From IMG/VR virus record IMGVR_UViG_3300046786_000240, positions 1 to 42,081 of that record: a DNA stretch of 42,081 nucleotides. One strand, given 5' to 3'. The translations under genes were made by a program, and so were the position numbers. Positions 34,518-42,081 of the stretch are shown here, piece by piece. Below the pieces are notes generated by a model. It was not told the origin of the DNA. It ran no database searches and was given only the letters and a program-made list of their open reading frames with translations. This DNA comes from a virus. Its lineage: Duplodnaviria > Caudoviricetes. Position 1 is the first letter of the stretch; every line of letters begins with the position of its first letter.

Positions 34518-36410
34518 TCAGGCGGTGGTTACGTCAAGAATGGCGGCGAAGCTCTCGGCGTGACGCACGGCCACGTCGTAGGTGATGATGCCGCGGACGG
34601 AGGTCAGCGCTTTGCTGAAGTCGTCCTGGTCCTCACCCACGGTGATCTCGAGGCCGTTGCCCCAGAAGCCAACCATGGCCTGAGAGAAGTCACCCATCAG
34701 CACAGCAGAGCAGACGCCGCTGCTGGTGCCCTTGGTGAGGGTGCTGGGAACCTGGTTGGTGACGCCGATGGGGTAGCCGTTGATCTGGGTGCCGGCAGGT
34801 CCACGGCCGAGGGTGTTGCCCACGGAGTTGACCAGGAAGGGACCGTCACCGGTGGTGGAACCACCAGCGCGCAGCTTCTTCAGAGCGCCCATCACCTTGG
34901 CGTTGGTGACATAGGCCACGGCATCGCGGTTTACGGCGCCGTTGTCGATCATCACCTCGGTTTCAAGGTCCACCAGCTTCTCGAGGGTGATGGCCCCACC
35001 GTTGGTGCCCATCGCCACGGAGCCGATGCCCGAGGTCTGCATGATGCCGGTGGGCTGGCCGCTGGAGCCAGAACCGTTGAGGATGCCGAGATCGACAGCC
35101 AGGTTCAGGCCATCGGTCAGGTCACGGCGCACCAGCTCCTCGATGCCAGGGGTGCCCTGCAGCAGGGTCTGGCGGCTGTACTTAGACAGGGCAGCCAGGT
35201 TCTTGGGAGCCATGGTCACCTGGTCGAAGGTGGACTCCGACTGGGTGATCGCGGTGGTCTGGGTGCTCAGGTAGTAGGTGTTAGCCACACCGGAGCGACG
35301 GGGCACAGCCACGTTGCCGACCAGGCCGGGCATGGTGCGCACGCCGAGGCTGAGCATCAGCGAGTTGTTCCGCAGATACTCGATGAAATCGTCGGCCAGC
35401 AGGTCGGTGGCCACCAGGTTGCCGCCGGTGGAGGCGCCGGAGGTCACGTAGGTGGCGCGCTTGGCGAGTGCCGAGAAGGGCACGAAGAAGGAGCGCTCAG
35501 CGGTCTTGCTGACGCCGGACTTCTCCACCTGCTTGCTCAGCTCACGCACCAGGCCGGCTTCGCGGGAAGACCAGTCACCGGTCAGTGCAGCGCGGATGCC
35601 AGCGGTGATGCTGTAGGCAGCGCGCTCCTGTGCGGCCATCTCCACGGGGGCGACGGTCTCAACAGGCTTGGCGCCGATCTTCTCGAGAACAGCAGCGCGG
35701 GCTTCGTCAAGGCTGCGGCCACCCTCGATCAGCTGGCGGCCGAGATCAGCCATGCCGTGCTTTTCGGTCAGAGCAGTGATGCCGGAGATGCGGGCGCGCT
35801 CAGCTTTGGCAGCCTCAGCAGCCGCTTCAGCCCGCACCGCCGAGATGTCGGGGGTGTTTTCCATCGGAACCTCAGGTTCTGTTTCGGGGGTTGGTGATGC
35901 GGCGGAGGCCGCAGGATCGGCCTCGAGAGACCGACCTACACCCACAGTGGGGTCTGCAGGTATGCTAACCACGCTCACTTCATACGGAGCCCAGCTGGTA
36001 GCGACGAAATCACCGCTGCCGCGTTGCTCCATGTCGTTGATCGCGTAGCCGAAGCTCACGTTACGCAACACACCGTCGCGCACATCCGCGAGCACTTCCT
36101 GCGCGAAGGCGTTACGGCTGAACTTCACCTTCGCGTAGCCGCGCTTTTTCTTGCCGTCGATCCACGCGCGCTCCACCACGCCGATCACCTTGTTGGGATC
36201 GTGGTTGAACAGCAGCGGCGCCGAGTCATTCAGGCGCGATAGATCAGCGCTGCGCTCATCGTGCTGCAGCACTTCGTTGCCGAAATAGCGAGCGACAGGA
36301 AACTCGCTGGAGAAAGGAAACTCAATCGACCGCTCATCTTCGCTGACCGTGAAGTCAGCTACTTCAGAGCGCTTGAGCAGCTGCCCTTCAAGATCACGCG
36401 ATAGGTCCAT
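34518..36410 (-). CDS. Prohead protease - major capsid protein fusion (HK97 fold)
   Basis: PLLFNHD, VSFGY, EVSVVSIPAD protease; linker; GGNLV..DFIEYLR, GDFSQ capsid. Confidence 0.92.
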   Translation of the reverse strand: MDLSRDLEGQLLKRSEVADFTVSEDERSIEFPFSSEFPVARYFGNEVLQHDERSADLSRLNDSAPLLFNHDPNKVIGVVERAWIDGKKKRGYAKVKFSRNAFAQEVLADVRDGVLRNVSFGYAINDMEQRGSGDFVATSWAPYEVSVVSIPADPTVGVGRSLEADPAASAASPTPETEPEVPMENTPDISAVRAEAAAEAAKAERARISGITALTEKHGMADLGRQLIEGGRSLDEARAAVLEKIGAKPVETVAPVEMAAQERAAYSITAGIRAALTGDWSSREAGLVRELSKQVEKSGVSKTAERSFFVPFSALAKRATYVTSGASTGGNLVATDLLADDFIEYLRNNSLMLSLGVRTMPGLVGNVAVPRRSGVANTYYLSTQTTAITQSESTFDQVTMAPKNLAALSKYSRQTLLQGTPGIEELVRRDLTDGLNLAVDLGILNGSGSSGQPTGIMQTSGIGSVAMGTNGGAITLEKLVDLETEVMIDNGAVNRDAVAYVTNAKVMGALKKLRAGGSTTGDGPFLVNSVGNTLGRGPAGTQINGYPIGVTNQVPSTLTKGTSSGVCSAVLMGDFSQAMVGFWGNGLEITVGEDQDDFSKALTSVRGIITYDVAVRHAESFAAILDVTTA

Positions 36411-37983
36411 CGGTGTCCTCAGTGTCATCCTCGCCATTATCGTCGGCCGGATCCGCATCACTGGCCGGGTCGATCTGCTCCGCCTGATCCTCTGCAGGGT
36501 CGCCGGGCTGTTGCGTCCCGCTGGCGTTCACCTCGTGCGGGTCGGTGTCGAACATCAGCTCGAGCTCATCGGCCATCTCGAGCTCGGCAGCGCGTGCCAC
36601 CATCAGCTCCTCGAGGTCGCCGCCCTGCTCTGAGACCACCTCACCCAGCGTCTTGAAGCCGCAGCGCACCGCATCCTTGTAAGCCTGCACCTCCTTGGCC
36701 GGGTCCACCCATGCCCAGCCGCGGGGCATCCACCGCATCTGCCGGTAGCGCTCGGGGCTGGTCTCGTAGGCCGGCAGGTTCAGCACACCGCCGAGCACAG
36801 CCATCTCCAGCCAGGCCTCAAACACCGGCTGGTGGAAGTTCTCGATCAGGTAGCCCTGCAGCGCACGCCAGTGGTCGCGATCCTCCAGCAGCGAAAGGCG
36901 GCTGCTCGAATAGTTGGACTGGCTGAAGTCGCGGCTGATGCTCTCGTAGCTGCAGCCCACGCCGGCCGCCATCGCTCGCAGCATCGCCCGCAGGAACGGC
37001 TCGAACTGCCCATCAGGCGCATCGAGCTGCGGCACCGTCACGCTCTCACCGGGCGCCAGATACTTGAAGACGCCGGGCTCGAAATTGCTCACCCGCTCGC
37101 CTTCGTAAACCGAGTCGCCGATCAGCTCACCCTCATCGCTGGTGATGAAGCCCATCAGCGCCGAGCTTGCCCGCGCGCGGATCACCTCAGCCTCCTCGTA
37201 GCCCGAGAGGTGGTGCAGCCGCTGGATCGCAGTCGCCAGCCACGGCACGCCGCGCGTCTGGCCGGGGCGGTCCACCAGATACAGATGGATGATCTCACCC
37301 GCCGGGATCAGCTTGTGCCGCGGTCCAGGCTGCCCCTGAAACGGGCTGTCGCCGGGGTGCTTGTTCAGAAAGGCGTACTGCACGGGGCGACCCCATTTGT
37401 CGCACTCCACGCCCATGCGCCATTCGTTGCCGTCGATCGTGCTGGTGCCCGTGTAGGTGTCATCCAGCAGATCGGATTCGATCACCTCGAGCGCGAACGG
37501 CACGCGGCTGCCACCGAACGGCTGGCGCACCTTGCGGATGAACACCTCACCGGACTCGGCCATCGCGCCGATCACCAGCCGCTCCATGTCATGCCAGCTC
37601 AGCCGGCCGCCGGTGTGGCAGAACTGCTTTTTGCCCCACTCGCGCCATGCGGTCTCGATCGCATCATTCACCGGCTGATCCAGCCGTCCGCCGCCACGCA
37701 GCATCCGCACCTGCGCCTGCAGCTTGATGCCCGTGCCGACCACGTTGTTCTTCACCGCGCGGATCGCCTGGCGCGCGTAGTCGTTGTCGCGCACCAGCTG
37801 CCGCGAGCGGTTGCGCAGCCGCGGCAGGCTGCCCTTGATCTCGGCATCGGCCGAGGTGCTCTGCGTCACCCAGTCGCTCGTCAGCCTGCTGACCGTTGCG
37901 CCCTGATACATCCGCCGGCGTGGCGCTGGTGTCGGCTCAGCTCCGCGCTGCAGCCAGCCGAGGATGGAAGATCGGATGCCCAT
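36394..37983 (-). CDS. Portal protein, lambda family
   Basis: LRNRSRQLVRDN, RPGQTRGVPW, DFSQSNYSSSR, WVDPAKE. Confidence 0.95.
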   Translation of the reverse strand: MGIRSSILGWLQRGAEPTPAPRRRMYQGATVSRLTSDWVTQSTSADAEIKGSLPRLRNRSRQLVRDNDYARQAIRAVKNNVVGTGIKLQAQVRMLRGGGRLDQPVNDAIETAWREWGKKQFCHTGGRLSWHDMERLVIGAMAESGEVFIRKVRQPFGGSRVPFALEVIESDLLDDTYTGTSTIDGNEWRMGVECDKWGRPVQYAFLNKHPGDSPFQGQPGPRHKLIPAGEIIHLYLVDRPGQTRGVPWLATAIQRLHHLSGYEEAEVIRARASSALMGFITSDEGELIGDSVYEGERVSNFEPGVFKYLAPGESVTVPQLDAPDGQFEPFLRAMLRAMAAGVGCSYESISRDFSQSNYSSSRLSLLEDRDHWRALQGYLIENFHQPVFEAWLEMAVLGGVLNLPAYETSPERYRQMRWMPRGWAWVDPAKEVQAYKDAVRCGFKTLGEVVSEQGGDLEELMVARAAELEMADELELMFDTDPHEVNASGTQQPGDPAEDQAEQIDPASDADPADDNGEDDTEDTDGPIA

Positions 37984-38552
37984 CAGAAGCGCACGAACAG
38001 GTTGTGAGGGTTGCCGAGGCCATTGGCCGCCAGCTGCGCTGCTTGTTCGCGCTTCACCTCAGCCTTCAGTTTGCCCTCAAGCGCAATCAGGTCCGCCATC
38101 TCGTACTTCTTCAGGCTGCGCGTGCCGATCTTGTACTCCTGCACCACGCCGCCGGAGACGATCGCGCGGATCGCCGCCTGCACCGCCTCGAGATCCTTCT
38201 GCGCCTGGGACCGGCCATCGAATGCCGCCGGCAGCCCCGTGTAGCTCAGCCCGACCAGCACCTCGAGCTGACCAGAGCCGAGCGTGACAACTGATCCGGT
38301 CTTGCTGGCTATCGCCTGCCAGAACCACGTGCCGGGCTCAAACCCTGCGCTGGTGGCCGCGGCGATCGTGAACTGCCACCCGGTCCCATAGGCGGTGCCG
38401 GTTACGTCCGCGCCTTCGTGGTTGTGGTTGGTGCGCAGCCAGTACGTCACCGACCAGCTGGCGCTGCTGATTGGGTTGCCGAGGTTGTCGCGTGACGCCT
38501 CATCGCGCCACGTCACCGTGTCACCGGCCCTGATTTGCGCGGGGATGTTCAC
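37983..38552 (-). CDS. Head completion protein (C-terminal gpW-like)
   Basis: VQEYKIGTRSLKKY..L..L..E; between terL and portal. Confidence 0.75.
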   Translation of the reverse strand: MNIPAQIRAGDTVTWRDEASRDNLGNPISSASWSVTYWLRTNHNHEGADVTGTAYGTGWQFTIAAATSAGFEPGTWFWQAIASKTGSVVTLGSGQLEVLVGLSYTGLPAAFDGRSQAQKDLEAVQAAIRAIVSGGVVQEYKIGTRSLKKYEMADLIALEGKLKAEVKREQAAQLAANGLGNPHNLFVRF

Positions 38553-38556
38553 GGCC

Positions 38557-40431
38557 TCACCAGCTGGTAGCGAACGAAGGCGCTTTGCCCTTGCCCGATC
38601 TTAGCTGCGGCTTGCTCGCACCATCAGCTGCCTTCTGCAGCCTTGCTTCCAGCTGATCCCAGATTGTTCTGCGGTCATACCGCGAATAGAGCCGATTTAA
38701 TCCCGCATAGGCGTAGACCAAGCAATCCAAGGCCTCGTTACGGGCGCTTGGCTTCTTCACCCATTCCCTCACGGGAAAACCCTTCACGTACCGCAGCGCC
38801 TGCTTCTCAGCCGTCAGCTGCTCGAAATACTCCCCACCCGTCTGCGCATGGAAGTGCAAATAGCCCTCGCCGGGTTCGTTGTGCTTCAGCCGCCCAAACA
38901 GCGTGGTCTTGATCGTGTCGCCACCCACCGGCCACACCTGCGCGCCGCGCTTCAGCGTCTGCCCCTTGGCGTTGATGTCCACCTTGCCCGGCTTGCCGAT
39001 CGGCGGCTTGCCCCGCTGGCTCTGACCCTTGATCGCGATCACGCCCACACCAGCGCGCTCCCGCGCGTACTGGTACACCTCCGCCGTGGCATGGCCGCCG
39101 GAGTCCACGCACACCACATCCGCCCGCAGCTTGCCTCCACCGGCGTGCTCCCATTCGTGCAGCACCAGCAGGTCCAGCTGCTTCCACACCTCCGCCTGGC
39201 AAGGGTCGCCCGCGATCTCCTGGTGGTCGATCAGCCAGCCCTCCTCGCCGCGGCCCCAGCCCCACACGCTCACCGCCAAGCGATCACCCGCTGAGCCGCC
39301 ACCGCCCTGCACGTCCACACCGATCGTGACCGCCAGCACACCATCCGGCAGCCTGCCGCCCGCATAGGCCTCGCACCGCTCCAGCAGCGCGCTCGCGCTC
39401 ACCTTGCTGGCGAAGTCCTCCTCCCATGTCTCCGCCAGCCGCGTGTTCACGAACGACTTCAGCATCGGCGCGTCCGACTTCGCCCGCAGGAAGTCGTCCA
39501 CCATGTCCGCCCAGCTCAGCCAGCCAAGCGGCGAATAGAGCCCCGACAGCTGGAACCCTGCCGTCTTGCCATCGCTCGGCGCCGTCGCCCGCCACTCGCC
39601 CTGGCGCAGCATCGCCGGCTTGTGGATCTCGGCAAACCTATCGCCGCAGTGCTCGCACTCGTAGACCGCCGTGCTCGGGTCGTTCTTCTCCCACTTCAGC
39701 TGCGGCCATTTCAGCCACTGCATCGCGCCACAGTTCGGACATGGCACGAAGAAGCGCCGCTGGTCGCTGCGCTCGTACTCCGCCTCGATCCGCGAGAAGT
39801 CCTTCACGGTCGGCGTGCTGGTGAGCAGGATCTTGCGCCGCGCGAACGTGGTTGCCCGCTTCTCCGCCAGGCTCACCGGATCACCTTCCCCGTCCACGTC
39901 AGCCGGGAAGGCGTCGATCTCGTCCATGAAGATGTAGCGGCACGGTGTCGAGCGCAGACCCGTTGCGCTGTTCGCACCCGTCAGCAGCATCATGCCGCCG
40001 GGGAACTCCTTCGCGAACATCGTGTTTCCCGAGTCCCTCGAACGGCTCGGCGCGATCTTCTCCGTCAGCACCGGTGTCTCGCTGATCAGCGATTCCAGCC
40101 GCTGCTTGCTCAGCCTCTTGGCCATCTCCACGGTCGGCTGCACCAGCAGCATCGGTCCCGGTGCGTGCGCGATCACGTAGCCCAGCCAGTTGCTTCCGCT
40201 CTCCGTCTTGCCCGTCTGCGCTGCAAACATCATCACCACCCGCTGCACGTTGCTGGTGGTGCTCAGGCAGTCCATCGGCTCCCGCAGATAAGGCGTCCGG
40301 TTGGTGCGCCACGGCCCCGGTTCCGCCGAGGCCTTGCTGCTCAGCCGCCGGTGCTTGTCCGCCCACACGCTCACCGTCAGCGGCGGCTCCGGCCGCAGGC
40401 CCTCCATGAACGCATCGCGCCAGACGCTCAC
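38557..40431 (-). CDS. terL: Terminase large subunit (GpA family)
   Basis: TPYLREPM, AQTGKT, YIFMDEID, STPT, GVDVQ, DSGG, RNEALDC. Confidence 0.96.
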   Translation of the reverse strand: MSVWRDAFMEGLRPEPPLTVSVWADKHRRLSSKASAEPGPWRTNRTPYLREPMDCLSTTSNVQRVVMMFAAQTGKTESGSNWLGYVIAHAPGPMLLVQPTVEMAKRLSKQRLESLISETPVLTEKIAPSRSRDSGNTMFAKEFPGGMMLLTGANSATGLRSTPCRYIFMDEIDAFPADVDGEGDPVSLAEKRATTFARRKILLTSTPTVKDFSRIEAEYERSDQRRFFVPCPNCGAMQWLKWPQLKWEKNDPSTAVYECEHCGDRFAEIHKPAMLRQGEWRATAPSDGKTAGFQLSGLYSPLGWLSWADMVDDFLRAKSDAPMLKSFVNTRLAETWEEDFASKVSASALLERCEAYAGGRLPDGVLAVTIGVDVQGGGGSAGDRLAVSVWGWGRGEEGWLIDHQEIAGDPCQAEVWKQLDLLVLHEWEHAGGGKLRADVVCVDSGGHATAEVYQYARERAGVGVIAIKGQSQRGKPPIGKPGKVDINAKGQTLKRGAQVWPVGGDTIKTTLFGRLKHNEPGEGYLHFHAQTGGEYFEQLTAEKQALRYVKGFPVREWVKKPSARNEALDCLVYAYAGLNRLYSRYDRRTIWDQLEARLQKAADGASKPQLRSGKGKAPSFATSW

Positions 40432-41342
40432 AGCAGCGCTCCCTGCACGTCACCCACCTGCACACGCTGGCGTGCAATCTCCAAATACTCAGCCTCGCGC
40501 TCGATGCCAATAAACCGAAAGCCCTCCAGCGCCGCGGCCTTGCCGGTGCTGCCGCTGCCCATGAACGGATCCAGCACCACGCCGCCCGGTGGCGTCACCA
40601 GCCGGCACAGGTAGCGCATCAGCTCGGTGGGTTTGACTGTTGGATGGCCGTTGCCCTCGCCGCGATCGGCCTTGCTGGCCTTCGCGCAGTAGAAGAACCG
40701 GGCAGCATCGCCGAGCAGCGCGCAGGGCTCACTGCTGCCGTCGTGGATCAGGTTCGCCGGCCAGCGGCCTGCAGGCGCATCTCCCGTCGAAATAGTTTCA
40801 CCATCCCCGGTTCCATGCGCTGCCCTTGGTTTTGGTCCCCTGGCTGAGTGATAGCTGCGCGACTTTGGCCAGGTCTCCACAGTGGTCCCCACCCGACACC
40901 CATCCACATTCAGAGCCCCAGTGCCGTGCTCCAACACGTTCGCCGCCACCGTGCCCTTCAGCGGTTTGCGCGCCACCGTGATCGGCTCTAGTGCAGGCTT
41001 CAGCGCGGTGCCCCAGCCCTGCCAGTCGCCGTCAAGGTTGCGGCTCTTCGGAAACCCCGACCCATACACCCACGCGATCATGTCGCGGATCTCGAAGCCT
41101 GCATCCTCGATCTGCACTGCCATCCGGTGCTGCGTTCTGGTGCCCGCGAATGCCAGCAGGTGACCGCCCGGCTTCAGCACCCGCAGCACCTCGCGCCACA
41201 CCTCCGCGCCCGGCACGTCGTAGTCCCATGCCTTGCCCATGAAGCTCAGCCCATAGGGCGGGTCCGTCACGCAGGCATCCACGCTGCAGTCCGGCAGCTC
41301 GCGGAGCCGGTCGAGGCAGTCGCCGTGCAGCAGCTCGATCAT
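40428..41342 (-). CDS. Amino (N6A/N4C) DNA methyltransferase, beta class
   Basis: TDPPY before HPTVKP and LDPFMGSGST. Confidence 0.92.
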   Translation of the reverse strand: MIELLHGDCLDRLRELPDCSVDACVTDPPYGLSFMGKAWDYDVPGAEVWREVLRVLKPGGHLLAFAGTRTQHRMAVQIEDAGFEIRDMIAWVYGSGFPKSRNLDGDWQGWGTALKPALEPITVARKPLKGTVAANVLEHGTGALNVDGCRVGTTVETWPKSRSYHSARGPKPRAAHGTGDGETISTGDAPAGRWPANLIHDGSSEPCALLGDAARFFYCAKASKADRGEGNGHPTVKPTELMRYLCRLVTPPGGVVLDPFMGSGSTGKAAALEGFRFIGIEREAEYLEIARQRVQVGDVQGALL

Positions 41343-41872
41343 CGCTCTGAGTCTGCCAGCGCCAGCAGCGCATCGCGGTGCTCATCGCTCAGCAGCTGGT
41401 GGATCACCGCCGGGTCGGTCTCGCCGGCCAGTTGGTGCGACAGCCGGTCCGCCAGGTTGCTCAGCGCTTCTCTCACGCTGCGTCCAATCTGGAACGCCTG
41501 CTTCTTCACCTCATCTGCCGGCACCAGCTCCTTGCGCTGCTGCGCCACCTGCAGCTTCGCCAGCTCCGCTTGGTAGTGCTCACGCCGTGCCCGGCTTTCG
41601 TTCAGCTCGGGGATCGCATCATCCGGCAGCCGGTCGATCGCCTTGCGCAGCTCCACCGGTGTGCGCGGCTCCACCGGATCCGGCTGGCTCACCTTCGCGT
41701 TGTGCGTCGCCTTGGTGTTCCGGTTCCACAGCTCCAGCGCCAGGTCGCGATCGAGCCAGCGCTTGCCGTCCTTCTCCACCACCGCAGCAGCGATGCGGTT
41801 CTTCGTCGCCGCGGTCACGGTTCCCTTTGCGCATCCCTTGAGCGCTGCGAACTCGCTGAACGTAACCAGCAA
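41339..41872 (-). CDS. terS: Terminase small subunit (Nu1-like)
   Basis: N-terminal winged-helix-like segment; ESRARREHYQAELAKL..LVPADEV coiled coil; upstream of terL. Confidence 0.85.
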   Translation of the reverse strand: MLVTFSEFAALKGCAKGTVTAATKNRIAAAVVEKDGKRWLDRDLALELWNRNTKATHNAKVSQPDPVEPRTPVELRKAIDRLPDDAIPELNESRARREHYQAELAKLQVAQQRKELVPADEVKKQAFQIGRSVREALSNLADRLSHQLAGETDPAVIHQLLSDEHRDALLALADSER

Positions 41873-41887
41873 CAGATCGTGGCCTTT

Positions 41888-41920
41888 TAGTTCAACAGAA
41901 TGGTAGTGAACTATTGAACT
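41888..41920. repeat. cosB-like repeats (three TGAACT, one inverted)
   Basis: TAGTTCAA (41888-41895), TAGTGAACT (41904-41912), TATTGAACT (41912-41920) between the genome end and terS. Confidence 0.4.
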
Positions 41921-42007
41921 CCCGAACGGGTCGGGGTCGCTACGGCCGATTTCTCACTCTGAGTCCCGTTTGAGACTGCTTTTTGCTGACGCTAGCCCTA
42001 GCGCGGG

Positions 42008-42081
42008 GTTGGTGCGACAGCCGGTCCGCCAGGTTGCTCAGCGCTTCTCTCACGCTGCGTCCAATCTGGAACGCCTGCTTC
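42008..42081 (+). repeat. 74-bp exact duplicate of 41431-41504, probable assembly artefact
   Basis: Exact copy of internal terS sequence appended at the contig end. Confidence 0.85.

Larger units (their letters stand above)
1..42081. mobile_element. Temperate lambda-like siphovirus genome, near complete, excised/virion form
   Basis: Full set of packaging, head, tail, lysis, replication, recombination and integration genes; intact attP; no host genes. Confidence 0.93.

Noticed and set aside
25499-35897. Long plus-strand ORFs (25499..26947, 29392..30795, 34560..35897 and similar)
   Set aside because: Antisense shadows of high-GC3 structural genes, with no motifs
42008-42081. Terminal repeat or biological duplication
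   Set aside because: It copies internal terS sequence, not the left end; most likely a chimeric read or assembly tip

Overview
Near-complete linear genome of a high-GC, lambda-like temperate siphovirus, apparently opened at or near its cos site. The minus strand from about 41.9 kb to 14 kb carries the late operon: TerS, a DNA methyltransferase, GpA-type TerL, gpW-like adaptor, lambda portal, protease-capsid fusion, neck and tail genes with a -1 frameshifted chaperone, tape measure with an SLT domain, tail tip and fibres, lysis genes and dcd. The left part holds Prim-Pol/VirE primase-helicase, VRR-NUC, an SF2 helicase, an HNH homing endonuclease, RecE/RecT-like genes, thyX and many small ORFs. 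Gene style resembles picocyanobacterial (Synechococcus/Cyanobium) siphoviruses, including an NblA-like ORF. The integration module looks proteobacterial instead: an intact attP with a tRNA-Phe 3' core, an IHF consensus and paired arm repeats, plus a P4-type integrase. Other points of interest are an HNH + acidic protein + pseudoknot RNA cassette, a displaced gpZ-like gene and the lack of a recognisable CI repressor. All family assignments come from motif recognition, not database searches.
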